Below are positions 7,840-17,517 of a DNA stretch of 53,281 bases, piece after piece. Below the pieces are notes generated by a model. The model saw nothing but the letters and a program-made list of their open reading frames with translations. It had not been told where the DNA came from and did no database searches. Origin of the DNA: a bacterium (GTDB taxonomy: Bacteria > UBA10199 > 2-02-FULL-44-16 > DYJF01); contig JBGSNL010000009.1 in the NCBI GenBank assembly GCA_041739675.1, positions 1-53,281 of the forward strand. The letters are read 5' to 3'. Position 1 is the stretch's first letter, and each line of letters begins with the position of its first letter. The translations under genes and the position numbers were made by a program.

Positions 7840-7987
7840 TCCTAATCGCTCTTTTCTTAATCCTAATCTTCGTCCTAATCGTTGTTGTTGCTTTGGGATA
7901 CTCCAGCCATTGCACAATCCTCTCGATTACGCTCTAAGTCACCTAAAGCTTGATTTTTAGGTCCAAAATCATCATACTCGCTTACCA

Positions 7988-9070
7988 ATGAAGAGTTTGC
8001 CGCGTATTTTGAAACTTGCCTTGTTCATCCTTGCAATCCCCGCTGTGTCTGCCGCTGCCGGGCGCGAGTGCATCAACTGGCCCAAAATCATGAGCCAGCA
8101 GGCGATAGGCGGCGCCACGTCCGGCAAAATCGTGGTCGCGGAGTCTTTCACCGATTACACAAAAGTTGCGGGAGACGACTGGCTCTCCGCGGGCCTCCGA
8201 GATCTCATCGCAACCATGGTGGCCCAAAGCAAGAGTGTACGCGTCTTTGCGGGCTCCAATGCCGTCTATAATCCGGATGCAAAAAATCCCGCGTTCATAA
8301 TATCGGGGATGTTCCAGCATCTCGAAGGAGGCTTGAGGATTTTTGTCAAATTGATGAAGGGGGAAGACAAGAGTCTCGTCTCGCAATATGAGGTGCTGGT
8401 CCCCTATCCTGAAAGCAGCGAAATATTCACGCGCTTCACCGATGTCGCAAGACAGATATGGGCGACAATTCAGGCGGGCGGCGACGAATCGCGCCTGGCC
8501 ATGGTGCGCGATGCAACCCCGTCGACCCGCGCCTATGAGAGCTACGTCAAGGGAAGGCAGGCGCTGGAAACCTACAAAATGGCAGATATGGAAGTGGCCA
8601 AGACGTGGTTCGAGCAGGCCAAGCGCAATGATTACAGATCCCCTCTGGGTTATCAGGGGATGATAGATCTCTACACGTTTCTTGGATTTTATCACAAGCA
8701 GCGGCACGAACCTTTCGGCTCCTATTTCCAGCAGGCCGAGCAGGAGCTTGCGAATATGACAAGGCTCGCAAAGCGCTTGCCGCTTGTCGTATTGATGGCA
8801 AAAAAACCGACGAAGAAGGAACAAGAGACGGTGAAGCTGGCGAACCGTTTCCTTCTCGATCATGCCTCTTTCAACGAGGGGCTCATCGCCGCTGAAGCGG
8901 GCAACTGGAAAGCGGCGGCCGAGGCGTTCCAGAGTGCGGTCGATTACGTTCCGGAGGACGCGATCGCGTGGTACCATCTTGCGCGCGCCTATGAGAATCT
9001 GGGCAACGCCGCGGAATCGTCAAAAGCCCTGCAGAAGGCATACGAGGTGAACCCGTGCGTGGAAAAATGA
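7988..9070 (+). CDS. Exported TPR-containing protein with TolB-N/CsgG-like N-terminal region
   Basis: Signal peptide, DWLSAGLRDLI...ISGMFQ..LRIFVKL pattern, C-terminal TPRs. Confidence 0.65.
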   Translation: MKSLPRILKLALFILAIPAVSAAAGRECINWPKIMSQQAIGGATSGKIVVAESFTDYTKVAGDDWLSAGLRDLIATMVAQSKSVRVFAGSNAVYNPDAKNPAFIISGMFQHLEGGLRIFVKLMKGEDKSLVSQYEVLVPYPESSEIFTRFTDVARQIWATIQAGGDESRLAMVRDATPSTRAYESYVKGRQALETYKMADMEVAKTWFEQAKRNDYRSPLGYQGMIDLYTFLGFYHKQRHEPFGSYFQQAEQELANMTRLAKRLPLVVLMAKKPTKKEQETVKLANRFLLDHASFNEGLIAAEAGNWKAAAEAFQSAVDYVPEDAIAWYHLARAYENLGNAAESSKALQKAYEVNPCVEK

Positions 9071-10359
9071 AAAAGCGGCATGTGGCATATGGCATGTGGC
9101 ATGTGGGCCGATTAACCTTTGCCCTCTTTTTTCTTCTTGTCTGTCTCTTCACGATGCAAGCACATGCCAAGAAAAAAATTACAAAGCCCACGGATCGCGC
9201 CGTATACCACAACAATCAGGGTGTGTCTTATCTCAACAAGAACGATCTTGAGCGCTCGGAATTCGAGCTCAAAACCGCAATAGAGCTTGCACCCGAATAC
9301 GTCGAGGCGTTCAACAATCTGGGCACTGTCTATAAACTCAAAGGCGATCTTCCTGCGGCAGCAGCGCAATTCAGGCGGGCCATCGATCTCGATAAGGATT
9401 ATGCCAGCGCATACAGCAATCTCGGGGCCGTCTATCTCGCCCAGGGAAACGTGGACGGCGCGATAAATACGATAAAAAAGGGTTTGAAGAAGGACGGAAC
9501 GATAGCGGACGCCCACTACAATCTGGGCCTCGCGTATCTTGAGAAAACAAAGACCGACAAGAGCAAGAGCTACATCGGCATGGCGGAGGCCGAATTCATA
9601 AAAGCGACTGAGCTCAATCCCAATCTCGTGCACGTCCACAAGACTCTGGCGCAGGTGTACAAATCGACCGGCGACTACGATCTTGCGATAATCAGATACC
9701 GTCTGGCGCTCGGAAACGAACCCGCGAACGCGGATCTCTGGAACCAGCTGGGCCAGGTATATCTTGAAAAGGGCGACCAGTTTCAGGCGGAAAACTGCTT
9801 TCAGAAAGCGGTGGAGCTCGGCGCCGCTCAGCCGAAACCGGGGCAGGAAAGCGGAATGGAGATGGGCCTCTTCTACATAAAAGAAAAAAGGTATCAGGAC
9901 GCCGCGAACGAATTCAAGGCGATCATCGAAAAAAATCCGTTGAACGACCAGGCATGGTACCGTATGGGAACCGCGTATCTTTTCTGGGGCGACGACGAGC
10001 GCGCGAAGAAAAACAACTCCGAAGCTACAAGGCTCTACAATGAGGCGGTCGCTGCATTGAAGAAAGCCAAAGAGGTTAACCCGCAATCGGCGGACGCGGC
10101 GTACAATTTGGGCTTGACTTATCTCAAGCAGGGCAAAACACTCGAGGCGCAAAAGGAATGGGAATACACGGTGACAATCTCCCCAAAGCACGCACGCGCC
10201 CTTTACAATCTGGGGCTTCTCTATCAGAAGATGGGGCGCACAGATGACGGTTTCAACATGCTTTGCCGGTTCACGTCCGTCGCCGGAAATCAGTATCCGG
10301 TCGAACTTTCGGCGGCAAGGCAGGCCATAGAGGTGAGCAAATTCAAATGCCAAAACTGA
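9067..10359 (+). CDS. Exported multi-TPR protein
   Basis: Repeated TPR consensus (AFNNLG, AYSNLG, AHYNLG, AAYNLG, ALYNLG); signal peptide; ATGA overlap with the upstream stop. Confidence 0.85.
   Translation: MKKRHVAYGMWHVGRLTFALFFLLVCLFTMQAHAKKKITKPTDRAVYHNNQGVSYLNKNDLERSEFELKTAIELAPEYVEAFNNLGTVYKLKGDLPAAAAQFRRAIDLDKDYASAYSNLGAVYLAQGNVDGAINTIKKGLKKDGTIADAHYNLGLAYLEKTKTDKSKSYIGMAEAEFIKATELNPNLVHVHKTLAQVYKSTGDYDLAIIRYRLALGNEPANADLWNQLGQVYLEKGDQFQAENCFQKAVELGAAQPKPGQESGMEMGLFYIKEKRYQDAANEFKAIIEKNPLNDQAWYRMGTAYLFWGDDERAKKNNSEATRLYNEAVAALKKAKEVNPQSADAAYNLGLTYLKQGKTLEAQKEWEYTVTISPKHARALYNLGLLYQKMGRTDDGFNMLCRFTSVAGNQYPVELSAARQAIEVSKFKCQN
9077..9104 (+). repeat. Four tandem heptamers GGCATRT
   Basis: GGCATGT GGCATAT GGCATGT GGCATGT. 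Confidence 0.9.
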
Positions 10360-11384
10360 TTGTCAACGAACGGGGCAAGAAACACGAGTGGGCGCACCAG
10401 TGTCTGGAAGATGAGATCTCCATCGGACGCATGGAGGAAAATATCATCACCCTTCCGACACAGGGTGTGTCGCGCCAACACGCCAAGGTGGTCCGTGCCG
10501 ATGAAAATTTCTTCATTGTGGATCTCGGGAGCGGAAACGGCACTCTTCTGAACGGCACGATGGTCCGTCCCAACGAGAAAAACCTTCTGCGCAACAACGA
10601 CCTCATTTCGATCGACGCGTTCGACCTGAGATTCTATCTGACCGACGAGGCGCTTGAGAGTTCATATAATGAAGAGATAACCGAGAGCGACATCCTTGAG
10701 GTGAAGCTCTTGAAGAAAGTCATAAGGGCGCTGGACAAGGAAACGGTTCCCAGCCTTGAAGTTTTAAACGGCGTAGCAGAAGGGAAGAGAATTTATTTAT
10801 CAGACGAGATAGTGGAGCTCGTCATCGGCCGCGATCCGGCCTGCGATTTCCCCATCAACGAGTTCGTCATATCGCGCAAACACGCCAAGATTTCAAAAAG
10901 GTGGGGCGGAATCGTAATCAGGGATCTTGAAAGCAAAAACGGCACGTTCATAAACAACCGCCGCGTCGTGGAGGAGTTCTTGCACGACGGCGACCGCATG
11001 GCCCTGGGAACGATCGTCCTCATGTTCAGGAATCCGCAGGAGATAAATCTCGCACAGCTAACGGAAAAAATACCTCCCAAGAGAACTCCGGCGATGATCA
11101 GGCCGGACGAGATACCGATACCTGAAGAGGAGGAGGAAGCGCCGCACGAAGCACCCGCCGAAGAGGAAGCACAGCCAGAGGAGATGGCCCCCGAGGAAGA
11201 AGCATCCGAAGAGGAATGGGAAGAAGGTGAAGAAAGCGTCGCGCGGCCGCAACCCTATCCCCTTCACACACCCAAGAAACCGCTTCTCAAACGTTTTTCG
11301 CCCGTCGAGATAGGCATGATAGGCTTAGGCTCACTTGTGCTCATCTTCGCGTTTATCACGGTAGTCAATCTGATATTCGAGTAA
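10347..11384 (+). CDS. Double-FHA-domain protein with acidic linker and C-terminal TM anchor
   Basis: Two FHA signatures (IGR...SRQHA...DLGSGNGT; IGR...SRKHA...DLESKNGT), Glu-rich linker, terminal hydrophobic helix; start MPKLIV. Confidence 0.85.
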   Translation: MPKLIVNERGKKHEWAHQCLEDEISIGRMEENIITLPTQGVSRQHAKVVRADENFFIVDLGSGNGTLLNGTMVRPNEKNLLRNNDLISIDAFDLRFYLTDEALESSYNEEITESDILEVKLLKKVIRALDKETVPSLEVLNGVAEGKRIYLSDEIVELVIGRDPACDFPINEFVISRKHAKISKRWGGIVIRDLESKNGTFINNRRVVEEFLHDGDRMALGTIVLMFRNPQEINLAQLTEKIPPKRTPAMIRPDEIPIPEEEEEAPHEAPAEEEAQPEEMAPEEEASEEEWEEGEESVARPQPYPLHTPKKPLLKRFSPVEIGMIGLGSLVLIFAFITVVNLIFE

Positions 11385-11464
11385 AAAATCACTTCCTTTC
11401 CATGTGTCATGGGGTTTCCCTTGCGTGAGGCCTAGGCCCTACGTCTCAGAGTTTTGACTCTTGT

Positions 11465-13624
11465 TTACACGTTTGCGGCTTGGAGGGCTTCCTGCGGGAT
11501 ACCCACGCGGGCGATCGGCTGGATGCGCAGATTTTCGGCAAGTTCCTGATATGACAGGACGGAAAGCTGCGGGAACTCAAGCTCCACGATTTTTCTGAAA
11601 TAGCGTCTGATCTCCGCCGTCGTTAAAATTACCGGCGGGCGAGCACCGGGCGGGAACGGATGAGAGGCGATCTCCTTGCCCACCGCCTCGATTATCTCTT
11701 GCGTGGTCTCAGGTTCCAGCGCCAGATAATTTCCTTTCTCCGTCCTTCTTATTGCGTTCTTCACAAGATCCTCGACGTCGGCATCCAGAAGATAAACCGC
11801 TAAAGTGTTCGCTGCGCCGGCGTACTTGTGCGTGATGTAGCGCTTGAGGCCCGCCCTCACATGCTCGGTGAGTGTCAAGGTGTCGCGCTCTATCTCGCCC
11901 CATTGCGCGAGAGTCGAAAAGATCGTCTTCAAATCCCTGATCGCCACGTCCTCCTGCACCAGCCGCTGGAATATCTCGGCCAGCTGCAAGAGCGTGATGA
12001 CCTTGGGAACGAGCTCCTTGACGAGCGCTGGATGTGATTTTTCAAGCTCTGTCAACATCGTCTGCACTTCCTGCAACCCCAAAAATTCGTGCGCGTGTTT
12101 TCTCAAGACAAATGAAAGATGCAAAATCAGATACTCGGCGGTGTCCCACATTCTGAAACCGGCCTGAGTTGCAACGTCCTTGAACTGGTCTGATATCCAC
12201 GTCACGACCGACCCGTCGATCGGATGGATCGTCTCCGTTCCAGTGATATTGAAGAGCTGCAACTGTTCGAGCGGCTCGCCCACAAGGATGTTGCCCTTCA
12301 TGACGCGCCCCTGCGCCACAGGGACTTCGTTGATATTGATGACGTAGGATTCCGGCTCCATGTCGACCGTCTGGCCGCGAACCTGAATGCCCGGAAAATT
12401 GACGCCCAGCTCATAATAGAGGCCGTGCCTCAAAAGCGGAATGAGTTCGTTGATGAAGCGGCCGCCGTCCTGCGCGTCGTCCACAAACGGGATGATGGCG
12501 CTACCAACCTCAAGCGATATGGGCGACGGCATGATGAAGGGCAAAACGTCGCCGTGTTTTTTCACCGCCTTGCGCACGACGTCCTGCTTGGGCGTATCCA
12601 TAATCTCTTTCACCACCTGCTTTTTGGATTTGATAAGCAGCGCGGCTACACCGCCCACCACGATGCCCATTATAATGAAGGGGATCTTCGGCAGCCCCGG
12701 GATTATCGCCATGATGCCCAAGAGCACGGCCGCAATGATGAGCGCCTTGGGATAGGCGGTCATCTGTGTCACGATTTCACGGCCGAGATTCGACGATTCC
12801 CCTTCGGACGCGACGCGCGTCACGACGATACCGGCCGAAACCGATATGATGAGGGCCGGTATCTGCTGCACGAGACCGTCGCCGATCGTCAAGAGCGAAT
12901 AAACCTGAATCGCCTCCACGAAGGTCATTCCGCGCTGGGCAACACCGATGATGAAACCTCCGACGATGTTGATGAGAATGATTATCATGCCGGCAATGGC
13001 GTCGCCCTTCACGAACTTCATGGCGCCGTCCATCGCGCCGTAAAATTGCGATTCGCGCTGGAGCTGCATGCGGCGCTGTATGGCCTGTTCCATGTTGATG
13101 ATGCCGGCCCTTAAATCCGCGTCGATCGACATCTGTTTTCCGGGCATTGCGTCCAGAGTGAAGCGCGCGCCCACTTCAGAAACACGCTCGGCGCCCTTTG
13201 CGATAACGATAAAGTTGATGAGGGTGACGATGAGGAACAAAATACCGCCCACGATGTAATTCCCGCGGACGACGAAAGAACCGAAGGTCCTCACCACCTC
13301 TCCGGCATTGGCCTGCGCAAGAATGAGCCTTGTCGTAGATATGTTAAGAGAGAGGCGGTAGAGCGTGATTATGAGCAGGATCGTGGGGAAAGATGCGATG
13401 CGCAGCGTTTCCGTAATGTAGAGTGCAACTAGTATGATGATCACGGCCAATGTGATCTGGATCGTGAGCAAAATATCCAGAAGCCACGTGGGCAACGGGA
13501 TGATCATCATGCCCACAACGGCGATGACCAGCACAGCGAGGACAACGTCGCTGTACTTCGTCAGCATTTCGTTGAAATTTGCGAAAGAAAAGCCGACTCG
13601 TTGTGCAGGGGCCTCATCTCCCAT
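11465..13624 (-). CDS. sctV: Type III secretion export gate protein (SctV/FlhA, FHIPEP family), probably non-flagellar
   Basis: RFTLDAMPGKQMSIDADL, FYGAMDGAMKFVKGDAIAG, LTIGDGLV; C-terminal VLSYQEL is more SctV-like than FlhA-like. Confidence 0.85.
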   Translation of the reverse strand: MGDEAPAQRVGFSFANFNEMLTKYSDVVLAVLVIAVVGMMIIPLPTWLLDILLTIQITLAVIIILVALYITETLRIASFPTILLIITLYRLSLNISTTRLILAQANAGEVVRTFGSFVVRGNYIVGGILFLIVTLINFIVIAKGAERVSEVGARFTLDAMPGKQMSIDADLRAGIINMEQAIQRRMQLQRESQFYGAMDGAMKFVKGDAIAGMIIILINIVGGFIIGVAQRGMTFVEAIQVYSLLTIGDGLVQQIPALIISVSAGIVVTRVASEGESSNLGREIVTQMTAYPKALIIAAVLLGIMAIIPGLPKIPFIIMGIVVGGVAALLIKSKKQVVKEIMDTPKQDVVRKAVKKHGDVLPFIMPSPISLEVGSAIIPFVDDAQDGGRFINELIPLLRHGLYYELGVNFPGIQVRGQTVDMEPESYVININEVPVAQGRVMKGNILVGEPLEQLQLFNITGTETIHPIDGSVVTWISDQFKDVATQAGFRMWDTAEYLILHLSFVLRKHAHEFLGLQEVQTMLTELEKSHPALVKELVPKVITLLQLAEIFQRLVQEDVAIRDLKTIFSTLAQWGEIERDTLTLTEHVRAGLKRYITHKYAGAANTLAVYLLDADVEDLVKNAIRRTEKGNYLALEPETTQEIIEAVGKEIASHPFPPGARPPVILTTAEIRRYFRKIVELEFPQLSVLSYQELAENLRIQPIARVGIPQEALQAANV

Positions 13625-13648
13625 ATAGGCGGGTTATAGCATACTAAC

Positions 13649-16324
13649 TTATTTGCCGCAGCATTTTTTGTATTTTTTACCGGAGCCGCACGGGCACGGG
13701 TCGTTTCTGCCTACCCTTGGACCCTCGTACTCGACCGTCTTCTGCTGGGCACCAAAATCGCCCTTCGATTCGGCGGGCGCCTCCTTGGCGAAGGCGGTTA
13801 TCTCGCGGTGGGAGATGTTCACCGGCTGGCGCGCACGGGAGGCCTGAGCGGCCCGGGCCACGCTCTCCTCGGTCGTCACCTGCACACGGTAGACCTTCTG
13901 GACAACGTCGGTCGTGAACTGATCCATCATATTGCGGAAGAGGAGATATCCTTCCTTTTTATACTCAAGCAGCGGATCCTTCTGGCCGTAACCCCGAAGA
14001 CCTATGCCCTCCTTCAGGTGATCCATCTGCAGGAGGTGATCCTTCCAGAGAGAGTCGAGCGTCTGCAAAAGAATGATCTTCTCCACCTGCCGCATGATGG
14101 GAGTCGTGTTCCTCGCCTCTCGCTCGTCGTAGTAGGCGACGACACCGTCATAGAGATGCTGCCCCACGCCGTCTTTGGTCTTTTTCTCCGGCGGTATATC
14201 CGCGAAGAAGAAAGGCATGTTGAACGTGGACCTGATCTTTTCCTCAAGAGGTTTGGCGTCGAATTCGGCCTCGATGCGGTCCGGGATATCGACTTCTATT
14301 ATCTGTGTGACGACCTGATCGATTTGATCAAGGATCATGTCCTTCGTGTCGCTTCCCGCCAGTATTTCGCGCCTCAGCTTGTAAACCGATTTGCGCTGCT
14401 GGTTCATCACGTCGTCATACTCGAGAAGATTTTTACGGATGAGGAAGTTGTGGCCCTCTACCTTCTTCTGGGCATTGGCGATCGCGCGCGTGAGCCAAGG
14501 ATGCGTGATCTCCTCGTCCTCTTCCATGCCCAGCCTTTCCATCATAGTGGAGATGCGATCCCCTCCGAAAACGCGGAGCAGGTCGTCTTCAAGCGAGAGA
14601 TAGAACCGCGACGAGCCGGGATCGCCCTGCCTCCCGGATCTTCCGCGCAACTGGTTGTCGATGCGCCTGGCCTCGTGCCTTTCCGTTCCCAGAATGTGGA
14701 GGCCCCCTGCGGCTATCACCTGCTGCTTTTCCGACTCGGCGACTCTTTTGAATTCGACGAGCGTTTTTTGATATTCTTCTTCGGAGGCGTCTTTGCCGGC
14801 CTTCGCGCGGGCGTGAAACACGGGGTTTCCGCCCAGCATGATGTCCGTTCCGCGGCCGGCCATGTTCGTCGATATCGTCACCGCCTTGTAGCGGCCCGCC
14901 TGCGCCACTATCTCCGCCTCTTTTTCGTGGTGCTTCGCGTTCAAAACATGGTGCGGGATGCCGTAGCGCGAAAGCATCTTGGCAACGAGCTCCGACTTCT
15001 CGATCGATATCGTGCCGACGAGGACCGGCTGTCCCTTTTCATGGCACTCTTTTATCTCCTCCACCGCCGCCTTGAACTTTGCATCGACCGTCTTGTAGAT
15101 GACGTCCGGGTTATCCATCCTTATCATCGGCATGTGGGTGGGGATGATCATCACTTCGAGATTGTATATCTTTGCAAACTCGGCCGCTTCAGTGTCCGCG
15201 GTGCCGGTCATGCCTGCGAGCTTATTGTACATTCTGAAATAGTTCTGGAACGTGATGGTGGCGAGCGTCTGATTTTCGTTTTCTATCCTCACACCCTCTT
15301 TGGCTTCCACCGCCTGATGGAGCCCGTCGCTCCAGCGTCTGCCGGGCATGAGGCGCCCGGTGAACTCGTCGACTATCATCACCTGATCGTCTTTCACGAC
15401 ATAGTCGACATCTTTCTTGAATAATACGTGGGCGCGCAGCGCCTGATTCACGTGGTGAACGAGGTTTATGTTCGCCGGATCGTAGAGGTTCGAGACGTTG
15501 AGACGGTGCTCGACGTTTGCCACGCCCTCTTCGGAGAGCATAACCGCGCGGGATTTTTCGTCTGTCGTGTAGTCTTTTTCCTGTTTGAGGTACGGAATGA
15601 TGCCGTTGATGATGTAATAGAGCTCGGTCGATTCTTCGGCGGGCCCCGAAATAATGAGCGGCGTTCTTGCCTCATCTATCAGGATCGAATCTACCTCGTC
15701 GACGATGGCGTAGTTGAGCTGGCGCTGGACGTAGTTCGCGAGGTCGTACTTCATGTTGTCGCGGAGATAATCGAAGCCGAACTCGTTGTTCGTGCCGTAC
15801 ACGACATCGGAATTGTATGACGCCTGCCGCTCTGTATCGTTCAAGCCGTGAAGTATCGTTCCTACGGAGAGCCCCAAAAACTTGTAGATGGCGCCCATCC
15901 ACTCGGCGTCGCGGCGAGCCAGATAATCGTTGACCGTCACGACGTGAACGCCCTTCCCCGTGAGCGCGTTGAGATAAACGGGGAGTGTTGCGACAAGGGT
16001 TTTTCCCTCGCCGGTTCTCATCTCGGCGATCTTGCCTTCGTGAAGAATGACGCCGCCTATGAGCTGAACGTCAAAGTGGCGCATGCCAAGTGTGCGGATG
16101 GAAGCCTCGCGCACGACCGCAAACGCCTCGGGCATGATAGATTCCAGACTCTCTCCGTTTGTGATGCGATTTTTGAATTCAACCGTTCTGGCCCTTAGCT
16201 CGCTATCGGAAAGTATCTTCACGCGCGGCTCAAGCTCATTCACCTGCGTCACAATGGGGCCTATGCGCTTGAGTTCGCGCTCGTTTTTGGTCCCGATGAT
16301 TTTTTTGAAAAAGGTGAGAATCAT
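13649..16324 (-). CDS. secA: Protein translocase subunit SecA
   Basis: [45 protein letters not shown] tail [13 protein letters not shown]. Confidence 0.99.
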   Translation of the reverse strand: MILTFFKKIIGTKNERELKRIGPIVTQVNELEPRVKILSDSELRARTVEFKNRITNGESLESIMPEAFAVVREASIRTLGMRHFDVQLIGGVILHEGKIAEMRTGEGKTLVATLPVYLNALTGKGVHVVTVNDYLARRDAEWMGAIYKFLGLSVGTILHGLNDTERQASYNSDVVYGTNNEFGFDYLRDNMKYDLANYVQRQLNYAIVDEVDSILIDEARTPLIISGPAEESTELYYIINGIIPYLKQEKDYTTDEKSRAVMLSEEGVANVEHRLNVSNLYDPANINLVHHVNQALRAHVLFKKDVDYVVKDDQVMIVDEFTGRLMPGRRWSDGLHQAVEAKEGVRIENENQTLATITFQNYFRMYNKLAGMTGTADTEAAEFAKIYNLEVMIIPTHMPMIRMDNPDVIYKTVDAKFKAAVEEIKECHEKGQPVLVGTISIEKSELVAKMLSRYGIPHHVLNAKHHEKEAEIVAQAGRYKAVTISTNMAGRGTDIMLGGNPVFHARAKAGKDASEEEYQKTLVEFKRVAESEKQQVIAAGGLHILGTERHEARRIDNQLRGRSGRQGDPGSSRFYLSLEDDLLRVFGGDRISTMMERLGMEEDEEITHPWLTRAIANAQKKVEGHNFLIRKNLLEYDDVMNQQRKSVYKLRREILAGSDTKDMILDQIDQVVTQIIEVDIPDRIEAEFDAKPLEEKIRSTFNMPFFFADIPPEKKTKDGVGQHLYDGVVAYYDEREARNTTPIMRQVEKIILLQTLDSLWKDHLLQMDHLKEGIGLRGYGQKDPLLEYKKEGYLLFRNMMDQFTTDVVQKVYRVQVTTEESVARAAQASRARQPVNISHREITAFAKEAPAESKGDFGAQQKTVEYEGPRVGRNDPCPCGSGKKYKKCCGK

Positions 16325-16365
16325 AAAGTTGCGCGAGTCTAAGTGAGAAAAAAAAGAAAATCAAT

Positions 16366-16401
16366 AAAAAGCCCCGGTCTCTGTTTTAGCGAGACCAGGG
16401 C
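16366..16401 (-). terminator. Probable intrinsic terminator of the M23 peptidase gene
   Basis: GCCCCGGTCTC...GAGACCAGGGC stem with an A tract on + (U tract on -). Confidence 0.6.
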
Positions 16402-16423
16402 CATCCCCAAGTCTTTTAATGTG

Positions 16424-17386
16424 CTACATGTTTTCCACAATGTAGTTCATCGGGTTCACGGGTACGCCGTCCACACGGATTTCATAGTGAAGATGGGGGC
16501 CGGTAGAGCGCCCGGTGTTTCCCACGGCGGCTATGATCATGCCGCGGCCCACTCTTCTGCCCTCTTCAACAAAGACCGTGGAGCAGTGCGCGTAAACCGA
16601 GGCGATACCGTTTCCGTGATCCACAACTATCATGTTGCCGTAACCTGAGCGATAGCCCGAATATGTGACAAGGCCGTCTCCGCTTGCCATTATGGGCGTG
16701 CCGTGAGGAGCCGCGATATCCATGCCTTCATGCCATCTGCCGCCGTGGCCGCCGGCTCTGAGCCTGAACGAGCGGAAATCGCCGAACGTGGAGGTTACCC
16801 ACCCGCGAGTCGGCCAGATTGAAGGCATCGATGCCCACAGGAAAAGCTTGTCCTGCTGGAGGACGAACACGCTATTGAGCTTCTCCTCTGCGCCCGCTGC
16901 GGAGGTTAAAAGGTCATCTATCTTTAAATTGAGTTTTGCAGAATATGCTTCGCTGAAGGGGGAGCGCCACGGTTTGTCCATGAACTTGGGCATCTCCTCG
17001 CCTTTTGGAACTGAGGGAACCCAATCCTCTTCATCCACCGGACCTTCACCCGACTGGGCGTGATCGCCGGTCTTGAGCACGGATTCCAGCTTTGCGGCAA
17101 ACCGGCCGGTGCGCCCTACCGTGTCTTCAAGGGCTGCGATCTTTGCAAAGAGCCCCGAGCTTTCGATTTTATAGTTTGCCGCCTCTATGCGGACGTTCTC
17201 CGTCGCCTTGTATGCATCTCTGTAATGGATGAGACCCACAACGGAAGCGGTCAAAAAGGCAAAAAGACCAAAACAGCAGACCAGAAGGAACCCCACAAAG
17301 CGGCCTGAAATCTCAAGCCTCCTGATGGAGGACCTGCTCCGCGGTACTATGAGTATGCTATATCGCTCAGTGGCCTTTTTCTTCAT
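16424..17386 (-). CDS. M23 family metallopeptidase
   Basis: HEGMD, YAHCS, STGPHLHYEI; N-terminal TM and coiled coil. Confidence 0.93.
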   Translation of the reverse strand: MKKKATERYSILIVPRSRSSIRRLEISGRFVGFLLVCCFGLFAFLTASVVGLIHYRDAYKATENVRIEAANYKIESSGLFAKIAALEDTVGRTGRFAAKLESVLKTGDHAQSGEGPVDEEDWVPSVPKGEEMPKFMDKPWRSPFSEAYSAKLNLKIDDLLTSAAGAEEKLNSVFVLQQDKLFLWASMPSIWPTRGWVTSTFGDFRSFRLRAGGHGGRWHEGMDIAAPHGTPIMASGDGLVTYSGYRSGYGNMIVVDHGNGIASVYAHCSTVFVEEGRRVGRGMIIAAVGNTGRSTGPHLHYEIRVDGVPVNPMNYIVENM

Positions 17387-17517
17387 GCGCCAAATATAAT
17401 CCGTCCTTTGCTTCTACCGATTAGTTAATTGAGAGGGAGCGACTGAACCTGCCTTTGACTTACTTGCCATTGGGTAACACAGTGCGGCTAGACTGTCAAC
17501 CCAAGAAAACCTCAATG

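Larger units (their letters stand above)
7030..7890. mobile_element. Palindromic paired four-helix-bundle cassette 2 (putative mobile element; ends approximate)
   Basis: Same architecture as cassette 1 with A/B order inverted; 24-bp perfect IR; CCTAAT-type repeats at the flank. Confidence 0.5.

Noticed and set aside
11465..13624. Flagellar flhA
   Set aside because: No flhB/flhF neighbours, and the C-terminal motifs look more like non-flagellar SctV; needs phylogeny to settle
13808..15424. 538-aa ORF on the + strand (similarly 7982-8977, 9112-10353, 39947-41092, 49119-50165)
   Set aside because: Each lies antisense to well-supported genes (secA, TPR genes, moeA, FGE) and has no motifs of its own
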